Source: a virus | Strand: one strand, 5' to 3' | Virus record (IMG/VR): IMGVR_UViG_3300028584_000286 | Location: 5,320-69,319 of that record | Length of the DNA: 64,000 bases | Part shown: positions 27,474 through 37,751 of the stretch, in pieces | How positions within the stretch are numbered: the first letter of the stretch is position 1 | Layout of the letters: each line of letters opens with the position of its first letter | Made by a program: the position numbers and the translations under genes | The notes under the pieces: generated by a model | What the model saw: only the letters and a program-made list of their open reading frames with translations | Databases searched by the model: none | What the model was told of the DNA's origin: nothing

Positions 27474-30400
27474 ATGCAAAAATATAACATACTTGATGTT
27501 AGCATACCACAGGACAAAAGAGCCGAAATAAATGAAAAAATAATAGGCTTAATTAGTTCTGGGAATATGCAAGGTATAACCACAGAAGAGGTATTCAATT
27601 GCTATACTGGTATCGGTGGATTACACGGCTTAAAAAGAGAGGACTATGATAGTTATCACGCTTATTCAGAAGCCAAAAAAGAAATTGAACACGGACAATT
27701 TTTTACACCTCATACGGTCTGTAAAGAAATTTCGGAATTAGTTTCTCCAACCCAAAATGATTTGGTTGCAGATATTACTTGTGGTATTGGAAATTTCTTC
27801 AACTATTTTCAAGAGGACAATTGTGTGGGTTATGATATAGATAGAAAAGCAATAGAAGTTGCAAAGCATCTATACCCGAATGCAAACCTAAAGGTAGAGG
27901 ACTTTAGATTTTTTAGAGTTGAGAATAAGGTAGATTTTGTTTTGGGAAATCCCCCATTTAATTTAAGATTTACTAAAAATGGGGAAAATAGTTGGAGCAG
28001 TACTACTATACTATCCCAATTTTTCTTTTTTACCAAAGCATTCGAAATAATGAAACCAGCAGGGATAATGTTGGTCATAGTTCCAGAGAGTTTTATACAA
28101 GATACTTTTTTCAATAAAAGTAATATTGAGGACATACAGACGATGTTTGACTTCATTGGACAGTATAAACTATCGCCCGATACTTTTTCCAAAATAGGTG
28201 TTAAAGGCTTTCCCACCAAAGTAATGTGTTGGCAGAAAAAATCCGAGAACACACAAGGTAGATTATATGATGGGGAGTTTATCACATATACCGAACTTAT
28301 GGATCAACTTAAAGGTATTCAAGTTGAACGACATCAGATGAGAGCCAAACTTCGCTCGGAATTGCTCCAGAGTGAGGACAAAGAATTTGAGTATAAGATG
28401 AGAAAGTATCTTTATGAAATCAAAACACATAAAGCTATTAGTAAAAATTATCAGAAAGCAATATCCTATTTGGAAAGGTTTAAAACCCAAAAATGCCCAG
28501 ATGGTATGGAATTTTCAGAATGGTATAAGAACCACCGAATTACTGAAAAGGGTGTGTTGAGATTTTTACTTCGCATTGTTAAAAAGCAAAGCAGTAAACA
28601 GGTAGATAAAATTGCATTCGTGAGAGGAAAAGTAAAGGTAAAAGACAAATATCTAAATGGATATAAGCTGAAAGCATATAGTGAGAAAACTAAAAAGAAG
28701 CTATTACTTACCAAAGAACGAGAGTGGGTTGAGAATGATGTAATTACAGGGATTTCAATGATACCTTCAAACATTTGCACAAAACCAATGCAAACCCTTA
28801 TAAATTCAAAAATAGAGGCTTATAATCTACAAAATACACCTTTCACGGACTTGGGGAGGGATGCCGAAATTGATAATTTTTTAAGGAGATTTTATTTTAT
28901 TGATAAGGACGACAAAAGATGTTATTTCAATAAAATACAGCGAGAAGATTTGGGGTTGATTATACAGAAAAACTTTAGTATCCTTGCTTGGCAGATGGGA
29001 GGTGGAAAGACAGCAGGTGCATTGGCTTGGGCGAAATATAAACAGCAGAGGAATACGTTTGTTATTTCAGCATCTTTGGCTATCAACTTGACTTGGGTTC
29101 CGTTCTTGACTAAAAACAATATCAAACATAGATTGATAAAAACTATTGAGGATGTTTACAGCATTGAGGAGGGAGAGTGGATATTGCTATCTTTCGACTT
29201 TCTGACAAGGTATGAAAAGCAATTACGAAATTATGTAAAAGCACAATCGCATCGAGTGAACTTGATTTTTGATGAGAGTGATGAGATTACAAATAATGCC
29301 ACCAAAAGAACAAGGTCGGTGTTGAGTATCTTCAAGAGAGTAAAAAGAAAACTATTGACTACTGGAACAACCACCAGAAACAATATTGGTGAACTATACT
29401 CACAGTTGGAACTACTTTACAATAATTCCTGCAACTTTATGAGTTGGTCGGAGTTTTACTATGTAGAGGAAAAAAGCAAAGAAGATGGGGTTGTTATAAA
29501 GAAGAAAGAAAACCGATTTTGGCAAAAACCATTCCCACCTTACTATGGACAAACTATGTTTAAGCGTTGCTTCAATCCTAGCAAGACTACTGTGTTTGGT
29601 ATTCAGAAGCAAGACCAAAATATCTATAATGAAATAGACCTAAAAGATATTATAGGGAAAACTGTTATCACGAGAAAGTTCCGAGAAATTGCAGGGGATA
29701 AATATGCTGTGGAGAATGTAAGAGTATTGCAAAACGCTGATGAGAAAGCTGTATATAAAACTATTATAAAGGAACTTGATACCATATTGCCCGATTATTT
29801 TAATTCTACTGGTAATGCAAGAAAGGATGTTATGCTCCGAACTTTGCGACAATTATCGTTGCTTATTGAGGCTACTTCTACTCCACAATTATTTGATTTT
29901 TATACTGGAAATGGTGTTCCAACTAAAGCGGTAAAAATTACTGAAATAATTGAAGCCAATGATGAAAAGGTTGCCATTGGATGCACAAGTAAAAAGGGGG
30001 CTAAATGGTATCAAGAGTATTTGACAAAGGAATTTCCAGACAGAGAGGTGTTCTATATTGATGGAGATATTTCATTTAAGGCAAGGCAGGGAATAATTGC
30101 ACGGTTTGAAGAAACAACGAATGGAATACTTGTGAGTACACAGCAGAGTTTGAAGAGTTCCGTAAATATACCTACCTGTGATTTAGTAATTGTAGAAAGT
30201 TTGCAATGGAACATCCCGAAGATTGAGCAATGGTATTTCCGTTTCATCCGCTATAATTCTTTGAACAAAACAAAGGTCGTTTTTGTAAACTACGAAGGAA
30301 CTATTGAAACAAATTTATTGGCACTTTTGATGGCAAAAGAGAGGTTGAACGATTATGTGAAAACTTTGGATTACAAAGAGAACTCGGATATTTATTCAGA

Positions 30401-30500
30401 GTATGATATTGATTTGGATATACTAAATTCACTTATATCAAAACAAAAAGATGATGATGGAAAGGTTATGATTAAGTGGGGAGAGGGAGCATCATTATAA
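27474..30500 (+). CDS. N6-adenine methyltransferase fused to SF2/SNF2 helicase (DarB-like architecture)
   Basis: DITCGIGNF SAM motif, NPPF; WQMGGGKT Walker A, DESDE, TGT, helicase C-lobe. Confidence 0.85.
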   Translation: MQKYNILDVSIPQDKRAEINEKIIGLISSGNMQGITTEEVFNCYTGIGGLHGLKREDYDSYHAYSEAKKEIEHGQFFTPHTVCKEISELVSPTQNDLVADITCGIGNFFNYFQEDNCVGYDIDRKAIEVAKHLYPNANLKVEDFRFFRVENKVDFVLGNPPFNLRFTKNGENSWSSTTILSQFFFFTKAFEIMKPAGIMLVIVPESFIQDTFFNKSNIEDIQTMFDFIGQYKLSPDTFSKIGVKGFPTKVMCWQKKSENTQGRLYDGEFITYTELMDQLKGIQVERHQMRAKLRSELLQSEDKEFEYKMRKYLYEIKTHKAISKNYQKAISYLERFKTQKCPDGMEFSEWYKNHRITEKGVLRFLLRIVKKQSSKQVDKIAFVRGKVKVKDKYLNGYKLKAYSEKTKKKLLLTKEREWVENDVITGISMIPSNICTKPMQTLINSKIEAYNLQNTPFTDLGRDAEIDNFLRRFYFIDKDDKRCYFNKIQREDLGLIIQKNFSILAWQMGGGKTAGALAWAKYKQQRNTFVISASLAINLTWVPFLTKNNIKHRLIKTIEDVYSIEEGEWILLSFDFLTRYEKQLRNYVKAQSHRVNLIFDESDEITNNATKRTRSVLSIFKRVKRKLLTTGTTTRNNIGELYSQLELLYNNSCNFMSWSEFYYVEEKSKEDGVVIKKKENRFWQKPFPPYYGQTMFKRCFNPSKTTVFGIQKQDQNIYNEIDLKDIIGKTVITRKFREIAGDKYAVENVRVLQNADEKAVYKTIIKELDTILPDYFNSTGNARKDVMLRTLRQLSLLIEATSTPQLFDFYTGNGVPTKAVKITEIIEANDEKVAIGCTSKKGAKWYQEYLTKEFPDREVFYIDGDISFKARQGIIARFEETTNGILVSTQQSLKSSVNIPTCDLVIVESLQWNIPKIEQWYFRFIRYNSLNKTKVVFVNYEGTIETNLLALLMAKERLNDYVKTLDYKENSDIYSEYDIDLDILNSLISKQKDDDGKVMIKWGEGASL

Positions 30501-30535
30501 ATTTTGACTTGTTATTTACTATGAGCCAAAAGCAT

Positions 30536-30554
30536 TAAATTTGATTAAAATTAA
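30536..30554 (+). promoter_or_regulatory. TAAATTTGATTAAAATTAA motif copy
   Basis: Lies 8 nt before ATG 30563. Confidence 0.7.
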
Positions 30555-30562
30555 ATAATACA

Positions 30563-31225
30563 ATGGAAACACCAACAACGGAGCAGGTTAGAGAAAAATT
30601 AAAAAGTGGGGAGATAATAGGCTTTGAAACCATCAAAAATGTTAAGTTTAGGTTGTTCATTTCAAGTGATGCTACTGGGAATATTCTATGCTACTATGGT
30701 AAAGGTAGAAGTAGGAAAGGCTATCAGCTTCACGAGTATCTTTTGAAAGATTTTAAAAGATGGCTTGAGGTAAAAAAGAGTAGTTTAAATGAACACCAAC
30801 AAGCCTACAACACACTTTTTAAGTACAGAAAACTGGCGAGTGAAGCAACCTTCACAAATAGGTATATTAGGGATTGCTTAAAAATTCCAGATACCTATGA
30901 CAAATGGGTTGCAGAGGGTAAGAAAGACTTGTATGGCTACCATTGTACTACTGGTACTCGAATAGATGGCAAAGTTATTACACTAGCCTCCATACAAAAA
31001 GATTACCCATATATTGTTGAAGCATACTTGTCAGCTTTCTACAATAATGTTCAATATAGTTCTGGTCGATTTGACTTTAGAGGCTATGATGGAAGTTTGA
31101 GTGTTTCAGTTGATGAGGATGGAAATTCTTTTGGACACTTGGCAATGGAGTTTAGAAATTGCGGGAATGGGTATTATTATTTATTCATAAATGATTTTAA
31201 ATTTATAGGGTATGATATTGATTAG
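30563..31225 (+). CDS. hypothetical protein
   Basis: 220 aa; ends HLAMEFRNCGNGYYYLFIND..FIGYDID. Confidence 0.8.
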   Translation: METPTTEQVREKLKSGEIIGFETIKNVKFRLFISSDATGNILCYYGKGRSRKGYQLHEYLLKDFKRWLEVKKSSLNEHQQAYNTLFKYRKLASEATFTNRYIRDCLKIPDTYDKWVAEGKKDLYGYHCTTGTRIDGKVITLASIQKDYPYIVEAYLSAFYNNVQYSSGRFDFRGYDGSLSVSVDEDGNSFGHLAMEFRNCGNGYYYLFINDFKFIGYDID

Positions 31226-31245
31226 AAAAATATTAATTTAGACAA

Positions 31246-31428
31246 ATGGAAGCAGATAAACTATTTAATGAAGAAGGCTATGAGGTAACTAAATACGTCA
31301 AGTCAGGGAGAACATCTGTGTTTTACACAAAAGAAGAAGCTGAAAAATACTCAAATAGAATTAGAACCTACATTTATCCAGTGTATGATAGGGATGGTAG
31401 GTTTTATGGTTATGGAGTACCTAAATAA
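31246..31428 (+). CDS. small hypothetical protein
   Basis: 60 aa. Confidence 0.6.
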   Translation: MEADKLFNEEGYEVTKYVKSGRTSVFYTKEEAEKYSNRIRTYIYPVYDRDGRFYGYGVPK

Positions 31429-31437
31429 CTATTACTA

Positions 31438-31614
31438 TGGAATTGGAAATTGGGAATATATTGGAGGAAAGAAGCAGTAAAACTACTCTGATTACAGGAG
31501 TACATACTATTGATAAGGTAACTAAAAACTTTGCATACGCAGGTAAACTTAAATTTACTCGAAAGCCAAAAAAAACAAAATGGAAATCAGTACGAAGTGC
31601 ATACCACTTTTAGG
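31438..31614 (+). CDS. small hypothetical protein (below track cutoff)
   Basis: Hand translation MELEIGNILEERSSK..., 58 aa, fills the gap. Confidence 0.5.
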
Positions 31615-31679
31615 GTGGGGGGAATATGCACTCTGGCAGAGAAAAGTAAGTGTGGTGAGGATGCTAAAAAGGAAAAGCT

Positions 31680-32429
31680 ATGAAATATATGGGAAGTAAG
31701 GCAAGGTTTATGAAAGAACTCTTGCCTATACTCTTAAAGGGTAGAAAACCAGAGCAGTATTACATAGAGCCTTTTGTTGGTGGGTGTAATAGTATTGAGA
31801 AAGTTACAGGCTTACGGATTGGTTCGGACAATAATAGATACTTGATTGCTTTGTGGAAAGGATTACAAGAGGGTAGGGAGTTTATGCATGAAATAACCAA
31901 AGAACTTTTTAGTGAAGCTAGAGAGGACTATAACAGCAGAACCAATAATAAATTTGATGATTTTGAACTTGGTTGGATTGGCTTTATGGGAGGCTTCAAT
32001 GGAAGATTTTATGGGGGTGGGTATTCTGGAAAGCACGGAGCGAGAGATTATGTAAGGGAGCAAATAAGCAATACTAGGAAACAGCTGAATGCTATAAAAG
32101 GGATTGAGTTTGTTCACGCACAATACTATGATTTAGACCTACCACCTAACTCTATTATTTATTGTGATATTCCATACTTCGGTACAAAAGAATATGATAC
32201 AAAAGATAAATTCGACCACAATAAGTTTTGGGCTTGGGTTCGTAAAAAATCTAAAGAGGGTCATTGGGTTTATGTTTCAGAGTACAATGCTCCAAAAGAT
32301 TTCGAATGTATTTGGAGGAAACAAACTAATGTTTCTATCCGCCCCGACAAAACTTTGGAGCAGACAGAGAAGTTGTTTGTTTATAGAAAAAGTACAGCTA
32401 TGGACTTAATTAAATATGGTATCTTGTGA
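31680..32429 (+). CDS. dam: D12-class (Dam-like) DNA adenine methyltransferase
   Basis: KYMGSK, EPFVGG, YCDIPY, VYVSEY. Confidence 0.88.
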   Translation: MKYMGSKARFMKELLPILLKGRKPEQYYIEPFVGGCNSIEKVTGLRIGSDNNRYLIALWKGLQEGREFMHEITKELFSEAREDYNSRTNNKFDDFELGWIGFMGGFNGRFYGGGYSGKHGARDYVREQISNTRKQLNAIKGIEFVHAQYYDLDLPPNSIIYCDIPYFGTKEYDTKDKFDHNKFWAWVRKKSKEGHWVYVSEYNAPKDFECIWRKQTNVSIRPDKTLEQTEKLFVYRKSTAMDLIKYGIL

Positions 32430-32668
32430 AGCTATTTATAGCTGGATTTGCACAGGTTTTCTTTGTAGCAATTAATACATTATTTTTGAGCAGGATATTC
32501 TATTTGGGTGTTTTGTTTTGTGGCTTTACCATCTCTTTTATTTGGTCTTACAATGTTAAGAAAGTAGTTTTTGGCACGATGAGAGAACGAATAATATATT
32601 CTTTTGGTGCATCAATAGGTGGAGTATTTGGCTTATTTTTATCACAACAAATTTTAAAACTTATATAA
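32426..32668 (+). CDS. small membrane protein
   Basis: GTG start, three hydrophobic segments. Confidence 0.65.
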   Translation: MKLFIAGFAQVFFVAINTLFLSRIFYLGVLFCGFTISFIWSYNVKKVVFGTMRERIIYSFGASIGGVFGLFLSQQILKLI

Positions 32669-32868
32669 TGGTAACATACGAAGATAGTCAAGAAGAGTAC
32701 AAAATTGATGCAACACTTTTGACAGAAACACCTACACAATGGAAATTAGATTGCGAAGGAGATGTTGAATGGTTTCCAAAAAGTGTTTGTAAATTTGATA
32801 AAATAAAGGGAGAATTGACAGCACCACTTTGGTTGTTGCAGAGAAAATTCCCAGAAACTAAATTTTAG
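32668..32868 (+). CDS. hypothetical protein
   Basis: 66 aa, WFPKS motif. Confidence 0.65.
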   Translation: MVTYEDSQEEYKIDATLLTETPTQWKLDCEGDVEWFPKSVCKFDKIKGELTAPLWLLQRKFPETKF

Positions 32869-32947
32869 AAATTATAAATTTTTACACGTTTTAAATACTA
32901 TTAAATTTCACTTAAATTTGATTATGATTAAATACACACATAACAAT

Positions 32948-33256
32948 ATGAAACAATTAAGAATTAATCCAGACCACATAAGTTTGTTTAGAGATGAAGA
33001 GCCAGATATGGTAACACACTTTGTTAGAACAGGTTTCAGAGATAATACAGGCAACTCGGAGTGGTTTGTATTTATGGAAGATGCCTATGAATTAGAGCCA
33101 TATCATAGCGGAGTGAAGATGCTTTCGGTAGGAACTATCGAAAAAGAATATGGAGTGAATATTCCAAAGGAGTTGGCAGAGCGACAAGAAAAAATCACAC
33201 GCCTTATGGGGGGTGTTGATAAGACCGATGAAATTGACCTTAACACAAAAGAATAA
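32948..33256 (+). CDS. hypothetical protein
   Basis: Start moved to ATG 32948, downstream of the TAAATTTG box at 32913. Confidence 0.65.
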   Translation: MKQLRINPDHISLFRDEEPDMVTHFVRTGFRDNTGNSEWFVFMEDAYELEPYHSGVKMLSVGTIEKEYGVNIPKELAERQEKITRLMGGVDKTDEIDLNTKE

Positions 33257-33762
33257 TGAACCCAGTAAATTTTAAACAGGCAAATATCACTTATGGGAAA
33301 CCAGAGGGATGGGAAGAAGATGAGTGTGGAAACTTACCAGTACACAAAGGTACTGATGGAAAGCACCCAGTATTAGTATCGGCTTGGATGCCAACTTTTG
33401 CAGACTTGCAAATATTGTCTGAAGGAAAGCCAATCTATTTAACTATTGTTGGTACAGCGATGCCTCCAGTAGCTTTATCTACGGAAAGTCCTTTTTCGGA
33501 TGATAATAAAACACCCATAGAATTAAAACACGAGAAAGAGGTGGAACCAGACTTTGAGTATAAGTTTGTAGAATTTGATAAATTCGGAAGAGCAATATTC
33601 AAAGTTATTGGCTTGGTGCAAATGGACAATGGCGACAAAGGTAAGACTAAACCAGTAAAACTCGTTGATGTTGATGGTATGCTTAACTCGATGAGTTCTG
33701 ATGGAGAGCCTGATAGCCCTACAAAATTAGTTACACCAACTCATTTAATACCAAAAAGATAA
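33256..33762 (+). CDS. hypothetical two-domain protein
   Basis: N-half P.GW..D.CG.LPV...SAW.P..PPVAL; C-half D.FGR.IFK...D..GEP. Confidence 0.7.
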   Translation: MNPVNFKQANITYGKPEGWEEDECGNLPVHKGTDGKHPVLVSAWMPTFADLQILSEGKPIYLTIVGTAMPPVALSTESPFSDDNKTPIELKHEKEVEPDFEYKFVEFDKFGRAIFKVIGLVQMDNGDKGKTKPVKLVDVDGMLNSMSSDGEPDSPTKLVTPTHLIPKR

Positions 33763-33998
33763 TGACAGTAAAACCTATTTTCTTGGTGGTTACTTCTGAT
33801 ACCCATCAAACATATTCTAGTATGCGAATTGTGGCTACTGCTACAAAAGATACTGATGCACAAAAACTTTATAGCAAAGCATTGAAAGAAGATTTCGATG
33901 ATATTGTTAGTGTATGGAAATGTGAAACTGGTAAATTGACAAACTCTGGAAATATCTTCCGTGATGCGGATAAACTTTATTCAAGTGATGGAAACTAA
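33762..33998 (+). CDS. hypothetical protein
   Basis: 78 aa. Confidence 0.65.
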   Translation: MTVKPIFLVVTSDTHQTYSSMRIVATATKDTDAQKLYSKALKEDFDDIVSVWKCETGKLTNSGNIFRDADKLYSSDGN

Positions 33999-34602
33999 AA
34001 AAGAATTAAAGAGAACCCACCAATGCAAAAAATGTCCGTGGAAGGTTTCTACAAACCCATTTGATATTCCCGATGGATATTGTGAGATGAAACACAAGGC
34101 TTTAGAAGAAACCATTGCAAAAGAGGTATCTTTTGACTTTGGTAAACCAATAAAGATAATGGCTTGTCACCACTCGAAAGATACTGACGAAAATGCTGAA
34201 CATTGCGTGGGTTGGTTGGTAAATCAACTTGGAGAGGGAAACAACATACCCCTACGAATTAGTATGATGGGGTATTCAAATTCCAAAGATTTGAAAGTTG
34301 TAGGTAAACAACATACGAGGTTTGAAGATACTTTGCCTGAAAATAAAATCGCAAAACAAGAAGTGTATTTTGGTAAGTTATTAGATAAACTTAAACAAGA
34401 CCCACAATATGAATTAAAGCAAGAGTTTGGTAAATTGCTTATGATACACATTAACGACTTTACACCAGAGCAAAAAACGAGGTATGAGGAGTTGAAGGAA
34501 CTTTTAAAAGAACCAACACAAGAACCTGGTAAAACTGGTTTTGAAATTTTAGAGGATAACGACACGGAATTTTTAGAAAATTTCTGGTCTGATTTACAAT
34601 AA
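33988..34602 (+). CDS. DUF6283-like Cys/His protein
   Basis: CKKCPW, MACHHS, HCVGWL motifs. Confidence 0.65.
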   Translation: METKKELKRTHQCKKCPWKVSTNPFDIPDGYCEMKHKALEETIAKEVSFDFGKPIKIMACHHSKDTDENAEHCVGWLVNQLGEGNNIPLRISMMGYSNSKDLKVVGKQHTRFEDTLPENKIAKQEVYFGKLLDKLKQDPQYELKQEFGKLLMIHINDFTPEQKTRYEELKELLKEPTQEPGKTGFEILEDNDTEFLENFWSDLQ

Positions 34603-34644
34603 GGATTTACTAAATTTGACTAACATTTAATAAACACATTTACA

Positions 34645-34890
34645 ATGAAAAAATTATTGATTATTTTAAGTATCTTGGTAATTGCGATTATATCAATAGG
34701 ATGCCAAAAAGAAAAAGTGGATGAGGTTGCCGAACTTCAAAAGAAACGAATGTTACAGATGGAGTATGTTACAAAACTGTACCAATTCAATGTTATGTTT
34801 TGTAGGGATAAAAAATACTGGGAGGTTGAGGAATATGTTGATAGTATTTCACGAGTGGATAGTATCAAAATAGCCAAACTAAAAAGATAG
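34645..34890 (+). CDS. putative lipoprotein
   Basis: MKK + hydrophobic core + ISIGC lipobox. Confidence 0.7.
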   Translation: MKKLLIILSILVIAIISIGCQKEKVDEVAELQKKRMLQMEYVTKLYQFNVMFCRDKKYWEVEEYVDSISRVDSIKIAKLKR

Positions 34891-34950
34891 AACTACAATG
34901 GTAACATACGACCAATTAGATATTATTATCAGAGGTGTAAAAAGAATATA

Positions 34951-35175
34951 ATGGAAGATATTAATGGGATAACTATTGAGGTTGGTATGAAAGTAAAAAC
35001 CCTACAACCAGAGGGAGGAATATTTCCTCCTGCACCTGCCGAAATTGGTGTTGTAGAAACTTGTGTGGATGCTTTTGGGAATGATGCTTTACAGATTAGG
35101 TATCGGAAGCCCAATAGAACATTCGACCAATTTATACTACTGACTGGTAAAATAAATGAAGTGCTTTATGAATAA
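34951..35175 (+). CDS. small SH3/KOW-like protein
   Basis: IEVGMKVK...IGVV pattern. Confidence 0.55.
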   Translation: MEDINGITIEVGMKVKTLQPEGGIFPPAPAEIGVVETCVDAFGNDALQIRYRKPNRTFDQFILLTGKINEVLYE

Positions 35176-35605
35176 GAAAAAGATAAAAGAGAAATTACAC
35201 TTGACTGGTGGATCAACAAGACTGGTTTTCTTTTTTGGAAAAACTGCGGTAAAAATACCTAGACTAGATTTAGGTCTAAAAGGACTTCGAGCAGGTATGG
35301 AAAGTAATAGAGAGGAGTATATTAAATGGAACAAAGCAAAGGGAGAAAATATACCCTATATCAGAACTGTTTTATGTCCAGTTAAGTGGATTTCATTTTA
35401 TGGGTTTTTCTTGGGTATGGAAAAAGCAGACGAATTTTTGAATGATTATTGGTACAAAGTATATGAAAAAGAGTTAAACCATAAGAAATACGAAGATTGG
35501 TTTAATGATGTAACCATACATAATGTTATGCTGTTGAGAGATAGAGTAGTTATGGTGGATTATGCACACTTTGAAAAAGCAAAAAAGGGTGGGTACAAGC
35601 GGTAA
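35168..35605 (+). CDS. minimal protein-kinase-like fold protein
   Basis: GGSTRLV Gly-loop, AVKIP, DVTIHNV catalytic loop, VDYA (DFG-like). Confidence 0.6.
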   Translation: MNKKKIKEKLHLTGGSTRLVFFFGKTAVKIPRLDLGLKGLRAGMESNREEYIKWNKAKGENIPYIRTVLCPVKWISFYGFFLGMEKADEFLNDYWYKVYEKELNHKKYEDWFNDVTIHNVMLLRDRVVMVDYAHFEKAKKGGYKR

Positions 35606-36422
35606 ATAGATTATTTCAGACCTTAATTTTTAATATAGCTTTCATAGATTTACTAAATGGGGTTTGTACTTGAAAATTTGGCACATAAAAGAGGCATATA
35701 AAAAGAACTTCTTTGGTAGGTGGTCGGAATAAGATAATGTATAGACAATTCGGTAGATGGGAGATAAATGCTTCATTAAATTTTATAGCAATTAAGTGGA
35801 TAAAATTTCGGAAAAAATTCTCGGCAGAAAAGATATAGATGGGTAGGTATAGGAGATAGAATGTATAATGAATGATATACACTTGAGGATGGAGTAGAGA
35901 AGATAATTTTTTGGCAAAAGATTTTCGGCACAAAATAAAGAATAAAAAATCGGGCAGAAAGGAGTGGAATGATTAATACTAATCTAAATAATAATAAATA
36001 GACATCATACATATTCATTATTCTATTAAACACCGAGATAGTTCACATAAATCAATGGATATGCCTCTATAAACCTCTATAACTGGGAGAGTACTAACCC
36101 TTGATATTACGATTTTTGAAAAGGTTTTGTAGCATTTTGACCAAAATCTAGGTATTTTGTATTTAATTTGAGTGAAATTTAATTCAATAAACATAGGGGT
36201 TGAGAAATATTTGGTGTCGTTTTTTCCCCATACAGAGAGTACACAATCATAGATGTTATTTTGGGCGAAATTCCTTTTGAGATTTTCTATCGGTTTTACC
36301 GATTTAATTTGATTGAAATTTAATTATTTAATTTGACTAAAATTTAATACTTTTATGTTTTGATTATTCATTTAATTTTACTTAAATTTGACAAATAATA
36401 AAAACGATTAAAAACATATTTT
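35606..36422. other. ~0.8 kb non-coding region with degenerate repeats
   Basis: No credible ORF; AAwTTyyGGCA-AAAA-like units at 35673-35960 and TAATTTGAnT(G/A)AAATTTAA units at 36160-36350. Confidence 0.65.
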
Positions 36423-36950
36423 ATGGAAATTAGAACTGTTACAGAATTTAAGAGATTATTTTTGCGTGAGAGTGTGAACAAATCTGGAGAGAGATGTTTG
36501 ATTGGAAAGGTGGTTGATAAGACTACTTCTCCTCCGACTGACTTGATTGTGGTTTGTAACCCCGATACTATGCGAAACTCTTCCATTGAAAAGGTGGGTA
36601 GATGGAATGTTGAGGTTAAGGCTATGAAGTCGGGTAAGGGTTTTGTGGTTTTGGGTGGCGAATGGGCTTTTGATAAGGTGGAACTTTTTATTGATGATTT
36701 CAAGGTTCAACTCCTTATTAATGGGAGAGAGGAAAAACTGAAAGAGGGTGAGAAGTTTATTCCGCTTTCTTTTGACCTTCGAAATTATTACGACCCGAAA
36801 CGAGTGGCTACTTCTATCCGCAAAAAACTTGCATATATGCAAATCCCCGATGGAGTGAATATTGATGATTTCATTGATTTCTTTTTAGACCAATGTAAGA
36901 TACAGGAAAAATTATATAAGAAAGCAATAACTAAAGGTGATGGTAAATAG
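36423..36950 (+). CDS. hypothetical protein
   Basis: 175 aa, TAAATTTG box at 36383. Confidence 0.75.
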   Translation: MEIRTVTEFKRLFLRESVNKSGERCLIGKVVDKTTSPPTDLIVVCNPDTMRNSSIEKVGRWNVEVKAMKSGKGFVVLGGEWAFDKVELFIDDFKVQLLINGREEKLKEGEKFIPLSFDLRNYYDPKRVATSIRKKLAYMQIPDGVNIDDFIDFFLDQCKIQEKLYKKAITKGDGK

Positions 36951-37470
36951 TGCAAATGTGTATTTGAGGGAGGTTGCTCTTTTGATGGAGCGACTTTTGG
37001 TAAAGCCAGAGGGTGCTATTATTATGGACACACCCAAACACAAGATTGGGCTTGGGATGAGTAGTGTTGTTGTGTTTGTGAAAGAAGGCAAGAAGATACT
37101 AAAGTGGGATGAGGTTGATGAAGAGATGCTTTATGATATTTATTGTTTTCTTGATACTACCCAAAAACTTTTCCCAAAGGTGGCTGAAAGTATTATTGAG
37201 TTAGGAAGTGCTGATGAGAAAACTTGGCATATTGAGCCTGTGGATATTATTGACCCCACTGGAGAAATTTCTTTAGGGAAGTTGGGGGTTGCGATTGAAA
37301 GTAAAACCGATGATGGGGAACAACTGGCGGTTGTGTTTATTTCTCCCGATGGAACTTGGGCTACATTGACTATGTACCGTAAGGACTTTTTTGGTGGTGA
37401 GGTAATTACAGCAAAGAATGATTTACTTTGTTTGGGGGTTGCTTTAACAAATTTTGTGAAAAAACTATGA
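36937..37470 (+). CDS. hypothetical protein
   Basis: 177 aa. Confidence 0.75.
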   Translation: MMVNSANVYLREVALLMERLLVKPEGAIIMDTPKHKIGLGMSSVVVFVKEGKKILKWDEVDEEMLYDIYCFLDTTQKLFPKVAESIIELGSADEKTWHIEPVDIIDPTGEISLGKLGVAIESKTDDGEQLAVVFISPDGTWATLTMYRKDFFGGEVITAKNDLLCLGVALTNFVKKL

Positions 37471-37700
37471 AACGATTTGTGAACTTTTTGATTATACTTC
37501 ACTACTGGTCGGTGGTGTGGAAGGCAAAGAACTTGATAGATGATCCAAAGAGTAAATATTCTACGTTACTTTCCGAAAATCTTACAATAGAGGAAATGGA
37601 GGGTGTTACGGATACTGAAAGACTTTATAGATTTCTGACTTGTAGCCCCGTTTCCCTAACCAAAGATTTTAAACATTTGAGGAAGTGTTTGCAGAGATAA
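37467..37700 (+). CDS. hypothetical protein
   Basis: ATGA overlap with the previous gene. Confidence 0.6.
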   Translation: MKRFVNFLIILHYWSVVWKAKNLIDDPKSKYSTLLSENLTIEEMEGVTDTERLYRFLTCSPVSLTKDFKHLRKCLQR

Positions 37701-37751
37701 AAATATTTACTATATTTGACTTAAATTTAATAACTATTAATTATATACATT

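Noticed and set aside
31612-31683. TAG read-through extending the 31438 ORF to 31683
   Set aside because: The extension is short, has no motif, and there is no other evidence of read-through.
35616-36033. Minus-strand ORFs of 105 and 85 aa in the non-coding gap
   Set aside because: Phe/Ile/Tyr-rich composition expected from the reverse of an A/G-rich tract; they overlap each other with no clear promoter.
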